Shown here piece by piece: positions 21,045 to 30,999 of a DNA stretch of 64,000 bases. Position 1 is the stretch's first letter; each line of letters starts with the position of its first letter. Below the pieces are notes generated by a model that searched no databases, was not told where the DNA came from, and worked only from the letters and a program-made list of their open reading frames with translations. This stretch comes from an uncultured Planctomycetales bacterium (GTDB lineage Bacteria > Omnitrophota > Gorgyraeia > Gygaellales > Profunditerraquicolaceae): assembly GCA_964545575.1 (NCBI GenBank), contig CAZJFL010000004.1, positions 9,512 to 73,511 of the forward strand, given 5' to 3'. The translations under genes and the position numbers were made by a program.

Positions 21045-22627
21045 AGTCTTATCACCTTCACCGCTAATATATTCTCTGTTTTTCTTATCTTATCCAGGAC
21101 CTCGGCTGACACAGGGCTGTCTACGTTAAGCACTGAAACAGCCTTGCCTCCTGAATTTTGCCGTCCAAAATTCATGAAAGCTATATTGATATTATGTTTG
21201 CCTAAAAGCGTGCCTAAATTGCCGATTACGCCCGGCCTGTCCCAATTCTGGATTACCAGCATCTCTCCTTTAGGGGGCGCTTCTACATAATACTCGTCGA
21301 TTTTGACAATGCGCGGCTGTTTGTTGGCCGATAAGGTACCGGCGACTGTCCGGGACTCTTTATCCGTGCGTATCTCCAGCTGCACGAAAGTAACAAACTC
21401 AAGCTCTTTTGAGGACTTTACCTCTTTGATATTTATACCTCTTTCTTTTGCCAGGGACACGGCGTTGATAAAATTAACCGTCTCTTTTAAAATCGGCGTC
21501 AGCACCCCCTTGACTAAGCTCATCGAGAGAGGCGTTAAATCATATTTGATCAGCTCTCCGCTATAGGTAATATTCAATTCCTGGAATCTGCCTTCCACCA
21601 GCTGGCTAGAGAACCCCCCTAGTTTGTCTGCTAAATTAATGTAGGGATCTAGCATCTTGCAAACCTCGGCTTCAAGGCAGGGGTAATTGGCGGCATTGCG
21701 GATGCCGCGGCCCAGGAGCGCATCGCGTACAATTTCCGCCACTTCAATAGCCACATTTACCTGCGCCTCTTCGGTAGATGCGCCCAAATGCGGCGTAGTG
21801 ATAATATTATCTAAATTTAGAAGCTCGCTCTCTGAGGGTATGGGTTCTTTTTCAAAAACATCTATTGCGGCACCCGCGACCTGCCCCTCCTTAACCGCAT
21901 TGATTAAGGCCTGCTCGTCGATGATCCCGCCCCTGGCGCAGTTAATCAGGCGCACGCCTTTCTTCATCATGGCAATCTGTTCAGCCGAAATAAGGTGCTG
22001 GGTATCGTCGGTAAGCGGGGTATGCACGGTGATATAATCGGACTCCTGAAATACTTCTTTTAACTCCGCCATCTCCACTCCCACGTTTTCGGCAACTTCG
22101 CGCGATAAAAACGGGTCGTAAGCCAAAATCTTCATTCCGAAGGAAAGCGCTCGTTTGGCTACCTCTTTTCCTATCCTGCCTAACCCGATTATGCCCAGTG
22201 TCTTACCGTAAACTTCCACTCCCATGAATTTGGAACGCTTCCATTCCCCTTTTTTGCAAGAGGCATTTGCCTGGGCAATGTTGCGGGAAAGCGCCAGAAT
22301 CATACTCATGGTATGCTCTGCCGTAGAAATGGTGTTTCCGCCGGGGGTATTCATGACGATGATGCCTTTTTGCGTGGCTGCCCCCAAATCCACATTATCT
22401 AATCCGACGCCGGCGCGGCCGATGACTTTTAATTTTACTGCGGCATCAATTATGTCTTTATTGGCTTTAGTGGCGCTACGCACAATCAGGGCATCGTAAT
22501 CTTTAATCGCCTCTTTTAAGGCCTCCGGCTTAAGTTCGGTTTTGACGTCGACCTGAAACTCTTTTACCTCTTTTAAAATCTTTAAACCCTCTTCTGATAA
22601 CGGGTCGCTGACCAGTATCTTAATCAT
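21041..22627 (-). CDS. serA: D-3-phosphoglycerate dehydrogenase (long form with ASB/ACT domains)
   Basis: GxGxIG NAD-binding motif (GLGRIGKEVA), 2-hydroxyacid dehydrogenase catalytic region, C-terminal ACT; 528 aa. Confidence 0.9.
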   Translation of the reverse strand: MIKILVSDPLSEEGLKILKEVKEFQVDVKTELKPEALKEAIKDYDALIVRSATKANKDIIDAAVKLKVIGRAGVGLDNVDLGAATQKGIIVMNTPGGNTISTAEHTMSMILALSRNIAQANASCKKGEWKRSKFMGVEVYGKTLGIIGLGRIGKEVAKRALSFGMKILAYDPFLSREVAENVGVEMAELKEVFQESDYITVHTPLTDDTQHLISAEQIAMMKKGVRLINCARGGIIDEQALINAVKEGQVAGAAIDVFEKEPIPSESELLNLDNIITTPHLGASTEEAQVNVAIEVAEIVRDALLGRGIRNAANYPCLEAEVCKMLDPYINLADKLGGFSSQLVEGRFQELNITYSGELIKYDLTPLSMSLVKGVLTPILKETVNFINAVSLAKERGINIKEVKSSKELEFVTFVQLEIRTDKESRTVAGTLSANKQPRIVKIDEYYVEAPPKGEMLVIQNWDRPGVIGNLGTLLGKHNINIAFMNFGRQNSGGKAVSVLNVDSPVSAEVLDKIRKTENILAVKVIRL

Positions 22628-22638
22628 CTAATCCTCCG

Positions 22639-23775
22639 TTATTTCAAAAATACTTCCTGCGCTGCTTTGACGCCCACGCCTAAGTCAAACTTATACCCCA
22701 TCTGATATAATACTTTTTCTAGACACGCAACCCCCACGATGATATCAAACTCTTCGATATAGCCCATATGGGCAATACGGAACACCTTCCCCTTTAATTC
22801 TGACTGGCCGCCGGCGATGGTGACGCCGTAGGTATCGCGCATAGTCTTGACCAGTTTTTCTCCGTCTATGCCAGCCGGGACTTTTACCGCAGTGACGACA
22901 TCCGAAGCGGCGGCAGGGGCAAACAACTCTAAGCCTAGCGCTTTCATTGCTAAGCGTGTGGCGTCCGCCATTTTTTTATGGCGGGCGAAAATCACTTCCA
23001 TACCATCCTGCCGCATCATCTTTAAACTTTCGGCTAAAGCGATGACTAAAGAGATTGCCGGAGTAAACGGGGTATCCGTACTCTGCAATGCCTTCCGGGC
23101 TGCCTTTAAATCAAAATAATACTTCGGGCATTTGGATTCACTGACCTTAAGCCAGGCTTTCTCGGACACGGAAATAAAGGCTAAACCCGGAGGAAGCATC
23201 AGGCCTTTCTGGGAACCGGAAACACAGACATCTATGCCCCAAGCATCGGTTAATAAAGGAATAGCCCCTAAGCCGCTGATGGCATCCACCACTAAAACTG
23301 CGGCCGAATCCTTGACCACTTTGCCTATTGCCTCTATATCGCAGGTGACGCCTGTGGATGTTTCGCAAAGCGTGGTAAAAACCGCTTTGATCTTGGGGTT
23401 TGCCTTTAATCTTTTCTCTATCTCTTGGGGGTCAACTGCCTTTCCCCATTCTACGTCGATGATTTCTGCGGCTATGCCGTAGCTTGCGCACAGATCAGTC
23501 CAGCGCTCTCCGAATTTTCCGCCCTGCACGGCTATAGCGGTATCGCCGGGAGATAATAAATTAACTACCGCTGCCTCCATCGCTCCTGTCCCTGAGGAAG
23601 CAAGGATAAAGACGTCGTTTTTTGTCTGAAATACATATTTTAACCCTTCGCTTACTTCTTTTAACACTGCCTGAAATTGCGGAGTGCGATGATGGATGAT
23701 CGGCCTTGCCTCTGCAGCGCAAACTTCAGGCGGTAAAGGCGTGGGCCCCGGCGTAAGCAGATATTTTTTTCGCAT
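22639..23775 (-). CDS. Class V aminotransferase (serine--glyoxylate/phosphoserine aminotransferase-like)
   Basis: LLTPGPTPLP N-terminus and PLP-lysine region typical of AGXT/SerC class V; adjacent to serA. Confidence 0.75.
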   Translation of the reverse strand: MRKKYLLTPGPTPLPPEVCAAEARPIIHHRTPQFQAVLKEVSEGLKYVFQTKNDVFILASSGTGAMEAAVVNLLSPGDTAIAVQGGKFGERWTDLCASYGIAAEIIDVEWGKAVDPQEIEKRLKANPKIKAVFTTLCETSTGVTCDIEAIGKVVKDSAAVLVVDAISGLGAIPLLTDAWGIDVCVSGSQKGLMLPPGLAFISVSEKAWLKVSESKCPKYYFDLKAARKALQSTDTPFTPAISLVIALAESLKMMRQDGMEVIFARHKKMADATRLAMKALGLELFAPAAASDVVTAVKVPAGIDGEKLVKTMRDTYGVTIAGGQSELKGKVFRIAHMGYIEEFDIIVGVACLEKVLYQMGYKFDLGVGVKAAQEVFLK

Positions 23776-23808
23776 AGCTGTATCCTTTCCGATAAAGGGG
23801 GTTAAGGT

Positions 23809-24417
23809 TTATTTTTTATTACTAGGGTTTATTACCTCATCGACCAGACCGTACTCTTTTGCTTCTTGGGCGGACATAAAATAATCGCGGTCGGTGTCCT
23901 TCTGGATTTTATCTATGGGCTGCCCGGTATGAAGCGCTAATATCTCGTTGATTTTATCGCGCATCTTCAAGATTTCTTTGGCATGGCGGGAGATATCTTC
24001 CGCCGCACCCTGTATTCCGCCCCAGGGCTGATGAATCATGATCCTGGAGTTGGGCAGGACATGGCGTTTGCCTTTTGCGCCGGCGCACAAAAGTAATGCT
24101 CCCATGCTGGAAGCCTGGCCTACGCAATAGGTAGCTACGTCGCATTTTACGAAACGCATAGTATCATAGATAGCCAGGCCCGCGGTCACCGAGCCGCCGG
24201 GAGAATTAATATAGACGCTGATATCTTTATTGACATCTTCCATCTGCAGAAAGAGCATCTGGGCGATAATCAGGTTAGCCACGAAATCATCGACGGACGT
24301 ACCGATAAATACAATCCTGTCCTTTAGCAGGCGCGAGTAGATGTCGTATGCCCGCTCGTAACCGCGCGAAGTCTGCTCTATTACCATCGGAACCAAAGTC
24401 TGCGCTTTTGTATCCAT
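23809..24417 (-). CDS. clpP: ATP-dependent Clp protease proteolytic subunit
   Basis: Catalytic Ser motif GQASSMGA, His/Asp; 202 aa. Confidence 0.92.
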   Translation of the reverse strand: MDTKAQTLVPMVIEQTSRGYERAYDIYSRLLKDRIVFIGTSVDDFVANLIIAQMLFLQMEDVNKDISVYINSPGGSVTAGLAIYDTMRFVKCDVATYCVGQASSMGALLLCAGAKGKRHVLPNSRIMIHQPWGGIQGAAEDISRHAKEILKMRDKINEILALHTGQPIDKIQKDTDRDYFMSAQEAKEYGLVDEVINPSNKK

Positions 24418-24441
24418 TGTATCAACCTCCTCTTTTTTGAC

Positions 24442-25347
24442 TTAGGCCTCTTGAATCTTCCACTGTGCTTCCTTCAATAAAAATTCCATCACCTGGTGCG
24501 CCATGTGCTCATCCGCGGGGATCTTTTCTCTTTTTGCGATCTCCGCTAAAATCAGGTAAACCCTGACCTGCCTCTCGGCCTCCGGTAGCAGCTCTTTGGA
24601 CAGCTTATCCTCCTCTGTTTCAATCTTGTCGCGGGGAATACCTTTTAAGGCCAGGTCTAATTTCGTCTGCCTTAATAAATCCTCCAGCTGCCGGTTGACC
24701 ATGGAACGGGGTAATTTAAAGTCCAAATCCTTAGTCAGGCTCTCTATAATCTCATGTTCAATCTTCTGCCGCTGCATATTTTCTTTCTGAAGATAGATCT
24801 GCCGCTCTATTGCTTTTTCTAATTCCGATACATTCGGGTAACTTAAACCCTTGGCAAAATTATCGTCTATGCTTGAGATCTTACGCGCAACTTTTAAAGC
24901 TTCTAAATTATGTTTTATCTCCTCGGGCAAAACGCTAATCTTCTTATAGCTGATTTTAATTCCCTGATAACCTTTTAGCGCAATCTCGGGCCTGGTCTCC
25001 ACAAGCGCCTTAAAAGAAAGGGAGTTTCTGTCTAGTTTGACTTCGGATATCTCGGGCAATTCTATAACATCAAGCCCCTCTTTTTCAATCGCCTGGCTAT
25101 AAATATCGGGGATGAGGTCTTTCAGCACCATCTCGTGGGCCTGGCCGGAAAAGTTCTTCTCCAGGATATCCCGCGGGGCATGGCCTACGCGGAACCCCGG
25201 CACTTTAGCCTCGCCGGCGATTTTCTTAAAGGCGTCCTCAAACTTATTCTTGACCACGTCGCCGCTTACTTCAATACCGATCTCTCTTTTATTAGCCTCG
25301 ATTTTTTTGACTTCTGTTTTCATAAGGCTACATCGTAAATTTTTCAC
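24442..25347 (-). CDS. tig: Trigger factor, short form lacking the central PPIase domain
   Basis: Ribosome-binding N-domain (GFRVGHAPRDILEKNF) and C-domain; only 301 aa; conserved tig-clpP synteny. Confidence 0.7.
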   Translation of the reverse strand: MKNLRCSLMKTEVKKIEANKREIGIEVSGDVVKNKFEDAFKKIAGEAKVPGFRVGHAPRDILEKNFSGQAHEMVLKDLIPDIYSQAIEKEGLDVIELPEISEVKLDRNSLSFKALVETRPEIALKGYQGIKISYKKISVLPEEIKHNLEALKVARKISSIDDNFAKGLSYPNVSELEKAIERQIYLQKENMQRQKIEHEIIESLTKDLDFKLPRSMVNRQLEDLLRQTKLDLALKGIPRDKIETEEDKLSKELLPEAERQVRVYLILAEIAKREKIPADEHMAHQVMEFLLKEAQWKIQEA

Positions 25348-26050
25348 CCAGATAAATCTGGCGTGCTTGCGGGTTATTAATTAACTCCTCGGCAGTCCCG
25401 GAGATAAGAATCTTGCCCTCAGCGATTAAATAAGCCCTGTCGGTTATGGAAAGCGTCTCGCGCACATTATGGTCGGTAAGTAAAATCCCCAGGCCCCTCT
25501 CTCTTAATTCCTTGATGATCTCCTGCGCCTCATTGACGACGATGGGGTCTATGCCGGAGAAAGGTTCATCCAAAAGTATAAAAGACGGGTTTGTCACCAG
25601 CGCCCGGGTAATCTCCAGGCGCCTTCTCTCCCCTCCGGATAACGTGTAGGCCTTGTGTCTGGCCAGATGCGCGATGTTTAGTTCCTCGAGAAGCGATCTT
25701 AGCCTCTCTGTTCTCTGTGTCCTGCCCAAAGGCAGGGTTTCCAGGATCGCCATAATGTTTTCCTCCACCGTCAGCTTTCTGAATACGGAGGGCTCCTGCG
25801 AAAGATAGCCTATGCCGTAACGGGCCCGTGCATGTATGGGGAGGCTGGTAATATCATGATTATCAAAAATAATTTGCCCGCGACTGGGCGGAATAATGCC
25901 CACGATCATATAAAAGGTCGTGGTTTTTCCGGCGCCGTTGGGGCCCAGGAGCCCGACGATCTCGCCGCGCTTAACCAGAATATCCACACCCCTGACCACC
26001 GGTCGGCCGTCGTAAGCCTTATGCAGCCCCTTAATTTCCAACAGGTGCAT
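25328..26050 (-). CDS. lptB: LPS export ABC transporter ATP-binding protein LptB
   Basis: Walker A GPNGAGKTT, LSGGERRR signature; kdsD-kdsC-lptC/A-lptB operon order. Confidence 0.88.
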   Translation of the reverse strand: MHLLEIKGLHKAYDGRPVVRGVDILVKRGEIVGLLGPNGAGKTTTFYMIVGIIPPSRGQIIFDNHDITSLPIHARARYGIGYLSQEPSVFRKLTVEENIMAILETLPLGRTQRTERLRSLLEELNIAHLARHKAYTLSGGERRRLEITRALVTNPSFILLDEPFSGIDPIVVNEAQEIIKELRERGLGILLTDHNVRETLSITDRAYLIAEGKILISGTAEELINNPQARQIYLGEKFTM

Positions 26051-26945
26051 TTTTAAAGTCCTCCGTGGATTCGATGATCAATTTGGGCCTTCCGGTAAGG
26101 GTAATCTTTTTATCGGCTGCGCTATAAATCGCTTCGTCGCTGTAGGAGACGTTTTCTCCCCGTACGATTTTGACGTTTCCGTGCGCGATGATCCGGTCTA
26201 TCCTGCCGCTCATCCCCAAATCTTCTTTATCTTTTGATTTTACGGCGCCTGTGTTTTTTTCGGAAATAAAATAGATATCCATCACATCGCTGTAAATCTG
26301 TGAGCCATTTCTATCTACCTTCACATTTTTATTAAAGGTGGCTATATTTTTGGCGTAATCTATATCCAGTTGGCCGTCGCAGGTAATAATGATTTTATCA
26401 CTGGGGGCCCCTGTCTTCTGTTTTCCTGGCTCCGCCGGCAGCATCTGGACATTGACATCTTTTTCCAAGGTCACCTTATTTAAAGACGGCTCTGCATGCG
26501 CGCCAAGGGCGGTAGTGATCATGCTTTCTCTTTCTATATTTACCTCATCCTTAGTCGAGATAAGATTGTTTTTTCGGTCCCAGTCCAGAGAATCCGTGGT
26601 AAGCTTGGCCCCCGATGAAGTAGTAACTACAACGTTCTGTTCGAGGTGGACGTTATTATCCGCCTTATTAAAATCCCCTCTGTCTGCGACCAGCTTGATA
26701 GTATCTTTTTCTCCGTAAAGATTACCGATAATATCTTTAAGCTTGATCAGGTCGGTAAATATATCCGCGGACTTTCCGGATATATCCCAGGTCTTTTTTC
26801 CTCTTTCCCCGTATCCGGCCAGAGAAAACTCATTTATCTGCTGGTCCGAGTCAAGGGCGGCCTGCTCCTGCTTAGCCAGGGCCGGATTAACCAACAACAT
26901 AAAAATAAATACCGCTACTAACCTTTTAATCATGGTAAAGCTCAA
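26031..26945 (-). CDS. lptA: LptC/LptA-like periplasmic LPS transport protein (OstA-like fold)
   Basis: Signal/anchor then OstA-like beta-jellyroll repeats; operon position between kdsC and lptB. Confidence 0.65.
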   Translation of the reverse strand: MSFTMIKRLVAVFIFMLLVNPALAKQEQAALDSDQQINEFSLAGYGERGKKTWDISGKSADIFTDLIKLKDIIGNLYGEKDTIKLVADRGDFNKADNNVHLEQNVVVTTSSGAKLTTDSLDWDRKNNLISTKDEVNIERESMITTALGAHAEPSLNKVTLEKDVNVQMLPAEPGKQKTGAPSDKIIITCDGQLDIDYAKNIATFNKNVKVDRNGSQIYSDVMDIYFISEKNTGAVKSKDKEDLGMSGRIDRIIAHGNVKIVRGENVSYSDEAIYSAADKKITLTGRPKLIIESTEDFKNAPVGN

Positions 26946-27462
26946 CCAGCCCCTGCCATTTGCCTTGCGACTCTAGAATTAATTCCGCCACCTCTCTTAC
27001 CGCCCCGCGGCCCCCGTACCTTGTGGTGATATATGCCGCTACCTGTTTAATCTCAAGTGCCGCGTTAAATACGGCTATCGGAAAACCCACTCTTCTCATC
27101 AGGCATAAATCCACCAGGTCGTCTCCCACAAAACATATTTCCTCAAGGCTTACTTTATATTTTTTTAAAATCTTATCCAGTACTTTTGTCTTCGGCGAAA
27201 CATCGGAAAAAACCGCATCCACCCGCATATCCCTGGCCCGCGGCTTTATGCTGCGGGAACCCTTGGCGGTAATCAGGATGGTCGGAATGCCCGCTTTTTT
27301 TAAAAGGTAAACCCCCAATCCGTCATGCACATCAAAAAACTTCATATCGTGGCCGCGCGAATCATAGATGATGCGCCCGTCGGTAAGCACGCCGTCCACA
27401 TCCAGAAGCAATAACTTAATCTTTTTCAAGCGCCCGGATAATTCGGCGGTTAATTCCGGCAT
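26926..27462 (-). CDS. kdsC: 3-deoxy-D-manno-octulosonate 8-phosphate phosphatase
   Basis: HAD motif I DVDGVLTDG, KdsC family length (178 aa). Confidence 0.88.
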   Translation of the reverse strand: MPELTAELSGRLKKIKLLLLDVDGVLTDGRIIYDSRGHDMKFFDVHDGLGVYLLKKAGIPTILITAKGSRSIKPRARDMRVDAVFSDVSPKTKVLDKILKKYKVSLEEICFVGDDLVDLCLMRRVGFPIAVFNAALEIKQVAAYITTRYGGRGAVREVAELILESQGKWQGLVELYHD

Positions 27463-27464
27463 GG

Positions 27465-28433
27465 CTAAACCACTCCTGCCTTCAAGAGGTCCTGCACGTC
27501 TAATAAGCCTACGGGCCGGCGGTTTTTATCCACTACCGGGACCTCGTCAATCTTTTTTTCCTGCAGTATGTGTATGGCTTCGGCGGCAAGCCTGTCTCTA
27601 GCAATTACCAGGGGGTTCCTAGTCATGACCTCCTTGATTTTGCGCCTGGGCAATTTTTCATCGCTGCCTAAGTGCCGGCGTAAATCACCGTCGGTAAAAA
27701 TCCCCACCAATCTTCCTTTTTTATCTACGATTGAGGCGGAGCCTGCGCGCGCCTGGGTAATTTTAAAAAGCACCACGGAAACCGTCTTATTTTCACTGAT
27801 CACTGGATTAGCCCTTCCCGTGCGCATAATGTCTTCGACTTTAAGCAGCAGGCGGCGGCCTAAAGCGCCACCGGGATGGAAAAAGGCAAAGTCTTTTTCC
27901 TTAAAACCTTTTTGTTCCAAGAGGCATACCGAAAGCGCATCCGCCATCGCCAGGGTTGCGGTGGTGGAGGCTGTAGGGGCTAACCCCAAAGGGCAGGCTT
28001 CTTTTTTTACCGATACGTCCAAAACCACGTCGCTATATTTAGCCAGCATCGATTTAGTATTGCCGGTAAGGGCAATGATCCTGGCGCCGATTTTTTTTAA
28101 TATGGGGAGCAATTGTTTTATTTCGGCGGTGGAGCCGCTATTAGAAACCACGATTACCACGTCATCTTTGGTGACCTTGCCTAAATCTCCGTGGATTGCC
28201 TCGGCAGTGTGTAAAAACAGGCTCGGGGTGCCGGTAGAAGCAAGAGTAGCGGAGAACTTCTGGGCGATTATTCCGGTCTTACCCATACCACTGACAATCA
28301 CCCTGCCCCGGGTCTTTAACATCAGGTTCAGGGCTTCTTTGAAGTTGCTACCGAGGCGCTTTTTCAGGGCGCTGATGGCCGCGGCTTCAATACTTAAGAC
28401 TTCTTTTGCCCTCTTGAGCACATTTTCTTTCAT
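27465..28433 (-). CDS. kdsD: Arabinose-5-phosphate isomerase (SIS + tandem CBS)
   Basis: SIS domain GMGKTG...; C-terminal CBS pair; 322 aa. Confidence 0.88.
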   Translation of the reverse strand: MKENVLKRAKEVLSIEAAAISALKKRLGSNFKEALNLMLKTRGRVIVSGMGKTGIIAQKFSATLASTGTPSLFLHTAEAIHGDLGKVTKDDVVIVVSNSGSTAEIKQLLPILKKIGARIIALTGNTKSMLAKYSDVVLDVSVKKEACPLGLAPTASTTATLAMADALSVCLLEQKGFKEKDFAFFHPGGALGRRLLLKVEDIMRTGRANPVISENKTVSVVLFKITQARAGSASIVDKKGRLVGIFTDGDLRRHLGSDEKLPRRKIKEVMTRNPLVIARDRLAAEAIHILQEKKIDEVPVVDKNRRPVGLLDVQDLLKAGVV

Positions 28434-29242
28434 CGCGTTTTCTCTATCTTCTTTACTTGCTTCAGGAGCTCCTCTAAATCCGCAAGGTAAATCATATTCG
28501 GCCCGTCGCAGGGCGCTTTATCAGGAGAGGGATGCACCTCCAGAAATAACCCGTCACAGCCAAAAGCCACGGCGGCGCGCGATAAACCGGAAACAAACTC
28601 CCGCTCTCCACCGGAACAAGCGCCTTTTCCTCCAGGAAGCTGAATACTGTGCGTGGCATCGTAAATCACCGGATACCCGAAATCGCGCATAATCTTTAAG
28701 CTTCTAAAATCAGAAACTAAATTATTGTAGCCGAAACAGGCGCCGCGTTCGGTAATAAGAATCTTTTTGTTCCCGGTTGACTCTACCTTTTTGATGATCG
28801 ACAGAATATCCCAAGGGGCCAGGAATTGTCCTTTTTTGATATTGACCACTTTGCCGGTTTCTCCCGCCGCCACTACAATATCCGTCTGGCGGCAGAGGAA
28901 TGCCGGAATCTGGATAATATCCACAACGGCCGCTACCTCGCCTATTTCTTTCTGACAATGGATATCGGTTAATATCGGTACTTTGACTTTTTGTTTAACT
29001 TTACGCAAAACCGCCAACCCTTTTTTCAATCCGGGGCCGCGATAAGAATCAAGGGACATGCGGTTAGCCTTGTCAAAACTGGATTTAAAAATAAAAGGCA
29101 TATCTAGTTTTCCGGCGATATCCTTTATTCTCTTAGCTATCTCTAGGCATGCGGACTCGCCCTCGATGACGCAGGGCCCGGCAATCAATACCAGGGAACT
29201 CTTGTCGCCTATTCTTATGTTATTTACGCTGATTTGGCGCAT
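28430..29242 (-). CDS. kdsA: 2-dehydro-3-deoxyphosphooctonate aldolase (KDO8P synthase)
   Basis: DAHP/KDO8PS TIM-barrel; LIAGPCVIE start; 270 aa. Confidence 0.9.
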   Translation of the reverse strand: MRQISVNNIRIGDKSSLVLIAGPCVIEGESACLEIAKRIKDIAGKLDMPFIFKSSFDKANRMSLDSYRGPGLKKGLAVLRKVKQKVKVPILTDIHCQKEIGEVAAVVDIIQIPAFLCRQTDIVVAAGETGKVVNIKKGQFLAPWDILSIIKKVESTGNKKILITERGACFGYNNLVSDFRSLKIMRDFGYPVIYDATHSIQLPGGKGACSGGEREFVSGLSRAAVAFGCDGLFLEVHPSPDKAPCDGPNMIYLADLEELLKQVKKIEKTR

Positions 29243-29982
29243 TATATTTTATTGGTTTTTAAATATCGTTTGACTTTTTCCAGGTCTTCCGGCGTATCCA
29301 CGCCGATAGTGTCATATTTTGTCTCGATCACCTTTATCCGGTAACCATCTTCCAGGACCCTGAGCTGCTCCAGGCGCTCTATTTCTTCCAAGCGCGAAAC
29401 CGGAATATTCTTATAGATAAAAAGGAAGTCTTTGGTGTAACCGTATAAACCTATGTGTTTATAATAGGCCGTGGATGCGGACTTTAAGTTCTCTGCGCGG
29501 TAAGGAATAACTGCCCGGGAGAAATAAAGGGCGAAATTATTCTTGTCAGCAACGACCTTGACGATATTAGGGTCGTTTAACTCCTGCGGATTTTCTATTT
29601 TCTTGATGATCGTGGACATCGAAAGCTTCGGGTCGTCCAGTAACGCCTGTGCCAGGGCGTCAATCATCATCGGGTTGACCAAGGGCTCATCTGCCTGGAT
29701 ATTAATCACTATTTTTACGTCTATGGGGTTAACTGCCTCACAGATCCTGTCTGTGCCGGAAACATGGCCTTTTACCGTTAAAGCTACCTTTGCCCCGAAC
29801 ATAGCGGCAGCATCGGCGATGCGCTGGTCATCGCAGGCAATGATTAAGTCGTCCAAAAGGCGCGCCTGTTTTGCCCGTTCCCAGACGTGCTGCAACATGG
29901 GCTTGCCCAGTATCTCAGCCAGGACTTTGCCTTCGAATCTGGTGGAAGAATATCTTGCCGGGATTACTCCGATGACGTCCAT
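29242..29982 (-). CDS. kdsB: 3-deoxy-manno-octulosonate cytidylyltransferase (CMP-KDO synthetase)
   Basis: IPARYSSTRFEGK N-terminal motif of KdsB; 246 aa. Confidence 0.9.
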   Translation of the reverse strand: MDVIGVIPARYSSTRFEGKVLAEILGKPMLQHVWERAKQARLLDDLIIACDDQRIADAAAMFGAKVALTVKGHVSGTDRICEAVNPIDVKIVINIQADEPLVNPMMIDALAQALLDDPKLSMSTIIKKIENPQELNDPNIVKVVADKNNFALYFSRAVIPYRAENLKSASTAYYKHIGLYGYTKDFLFIYKNIPVSRLEEIERLEQLRVLEDGYRIKVIETKYDTIGVDTPEDLEKVKRYLKTNKI

Positions 29983-29983
29983 C

Positions 29984-30997
29984 TTATTTTATGCTCTCCA
30001 ATAATTCCTTGCGGCTGGCGGTAGCAGTGCCTACCTTGCCCACTACGATACCGGCGGCAAAATTAGCCAGGTGTGCCGCTTCTAGTTTTGTAGCCCCGCA
30101 GGCAAGCGCTAAAGTAAATGTGCCCACCACCGTATCTCCCGCACCCGAAACATCAAAAACTTCCTGCGCAACAGTGGGTATATGAATAATACGGCCTTGT
30201 TTCTGGAATAAACGCATCCCCTGTTCCCCTAAGGTAACCAAGATTGAATCTAAACCCAAGTATTCTAAAATCTGCTGCGCGGAATTATCAATATCCCTAT
30301 CGGTAAATAATTTATCATTGTGCAGTTTGAGCTTATTGCTGGTGTCTCTGATTTTTAGATTACGAATAGCGTTTTCCAGTTCTTTACGGTTAGGGGTAAT
30401 AGAGGTAACGCCCCGGTAATACTGGAAATGTTCTTCTTTGGGGTCAACGATGATAATCTTTTTATGCGCACGGGCGAGCATAATCAAGCCTTCTATCAAC
30501 TCTACATTAATCACTCCCTTGCCGTAATCCTCAATAATAATGGCATCGAATTTATCTATCTTTTTTTTAATAAAATTAAAAATCCTCTGATTGAGATTTC
30601 CGGGCAGGGCATCGGTACGCTCCCAGTCAATCCTGACCAACTGCTGGTGCCCGGCGATAACCCGCGTCTTAACCGTGGTATACCTTTTAGGCTCCACAAA
30701 AATGCCGCCGGCGGGAATATTTATTTTCTCTAGCTCCGCTAATAAAATACCGCTCTGCTCATCTTTTCCCACTACTCCCACTAGCGAGACTTTACCGTCC
30801 ACTGAACGGATGTTACAGGCTACATTCGCAGCACCTCCCGGCACAAAGGTGCGCTTATCTGCCCAGACCACCGGCACCGGCGCCTCGGGAGAAATCCGCT
30901 CTACTTTTCCCCAGATGTATTCATCCAGAATTAAGTCTCCCAGGACCAATACGCGCGCCTGGGGGAATCTGGAAATTATGTTTTTCAGCTTTTTCAT
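29984..30997 (-). CDS. hldE: D-glycero-beta-D-manno-heptose-7-phosphate kinase (RfaE/HldE domain I, PfkB family), stand-alone
   Basis: PfkB carbohydrate kinase fold with VLVLGDLILDEY start and C-terminal GAGDT motif; no fused adenylyltransferase domain. Confidence 0.75.
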   Translation of the reverse strand: MKKLKNIISRFPQARVLVLGDLILDEYIWGKVERISPEAPVPVVWADKRTFVPGGAANVACNIRSVDGKVSLVGVVGKDEQSGILLAELEKINIPAGGIFVEPKRYTTVKTRVIAGHQQLVRIDWERTDALPGNLNQRIFNFIKKKIDKFDAIIIEDYGKGVINVELIEGLIMLARAHKKIIIVDPKEEHFQYYRGVTSITPNRKELENAIRNLKIRDTSNKLKLHNDKLFTDRDIDNSAQQILEYLGLDSILVTLGEQGMRLFQKQGRIIHIPTVAQEVFDVSGAGDTVVGTFTLALACGATKLEAAHLANFAAGIVVGKVGTATASRKELLESIK

Positions 30998-30999
30998 CT

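Noticed and set aside
27568-28692. 374-aa plus-strand ORF
   Set aside because: Entirely antisense to kdsD/kdsA, which have strong homology support. Its composition is Ala/Ser/Arg-rich, typical of an antisense artefact.
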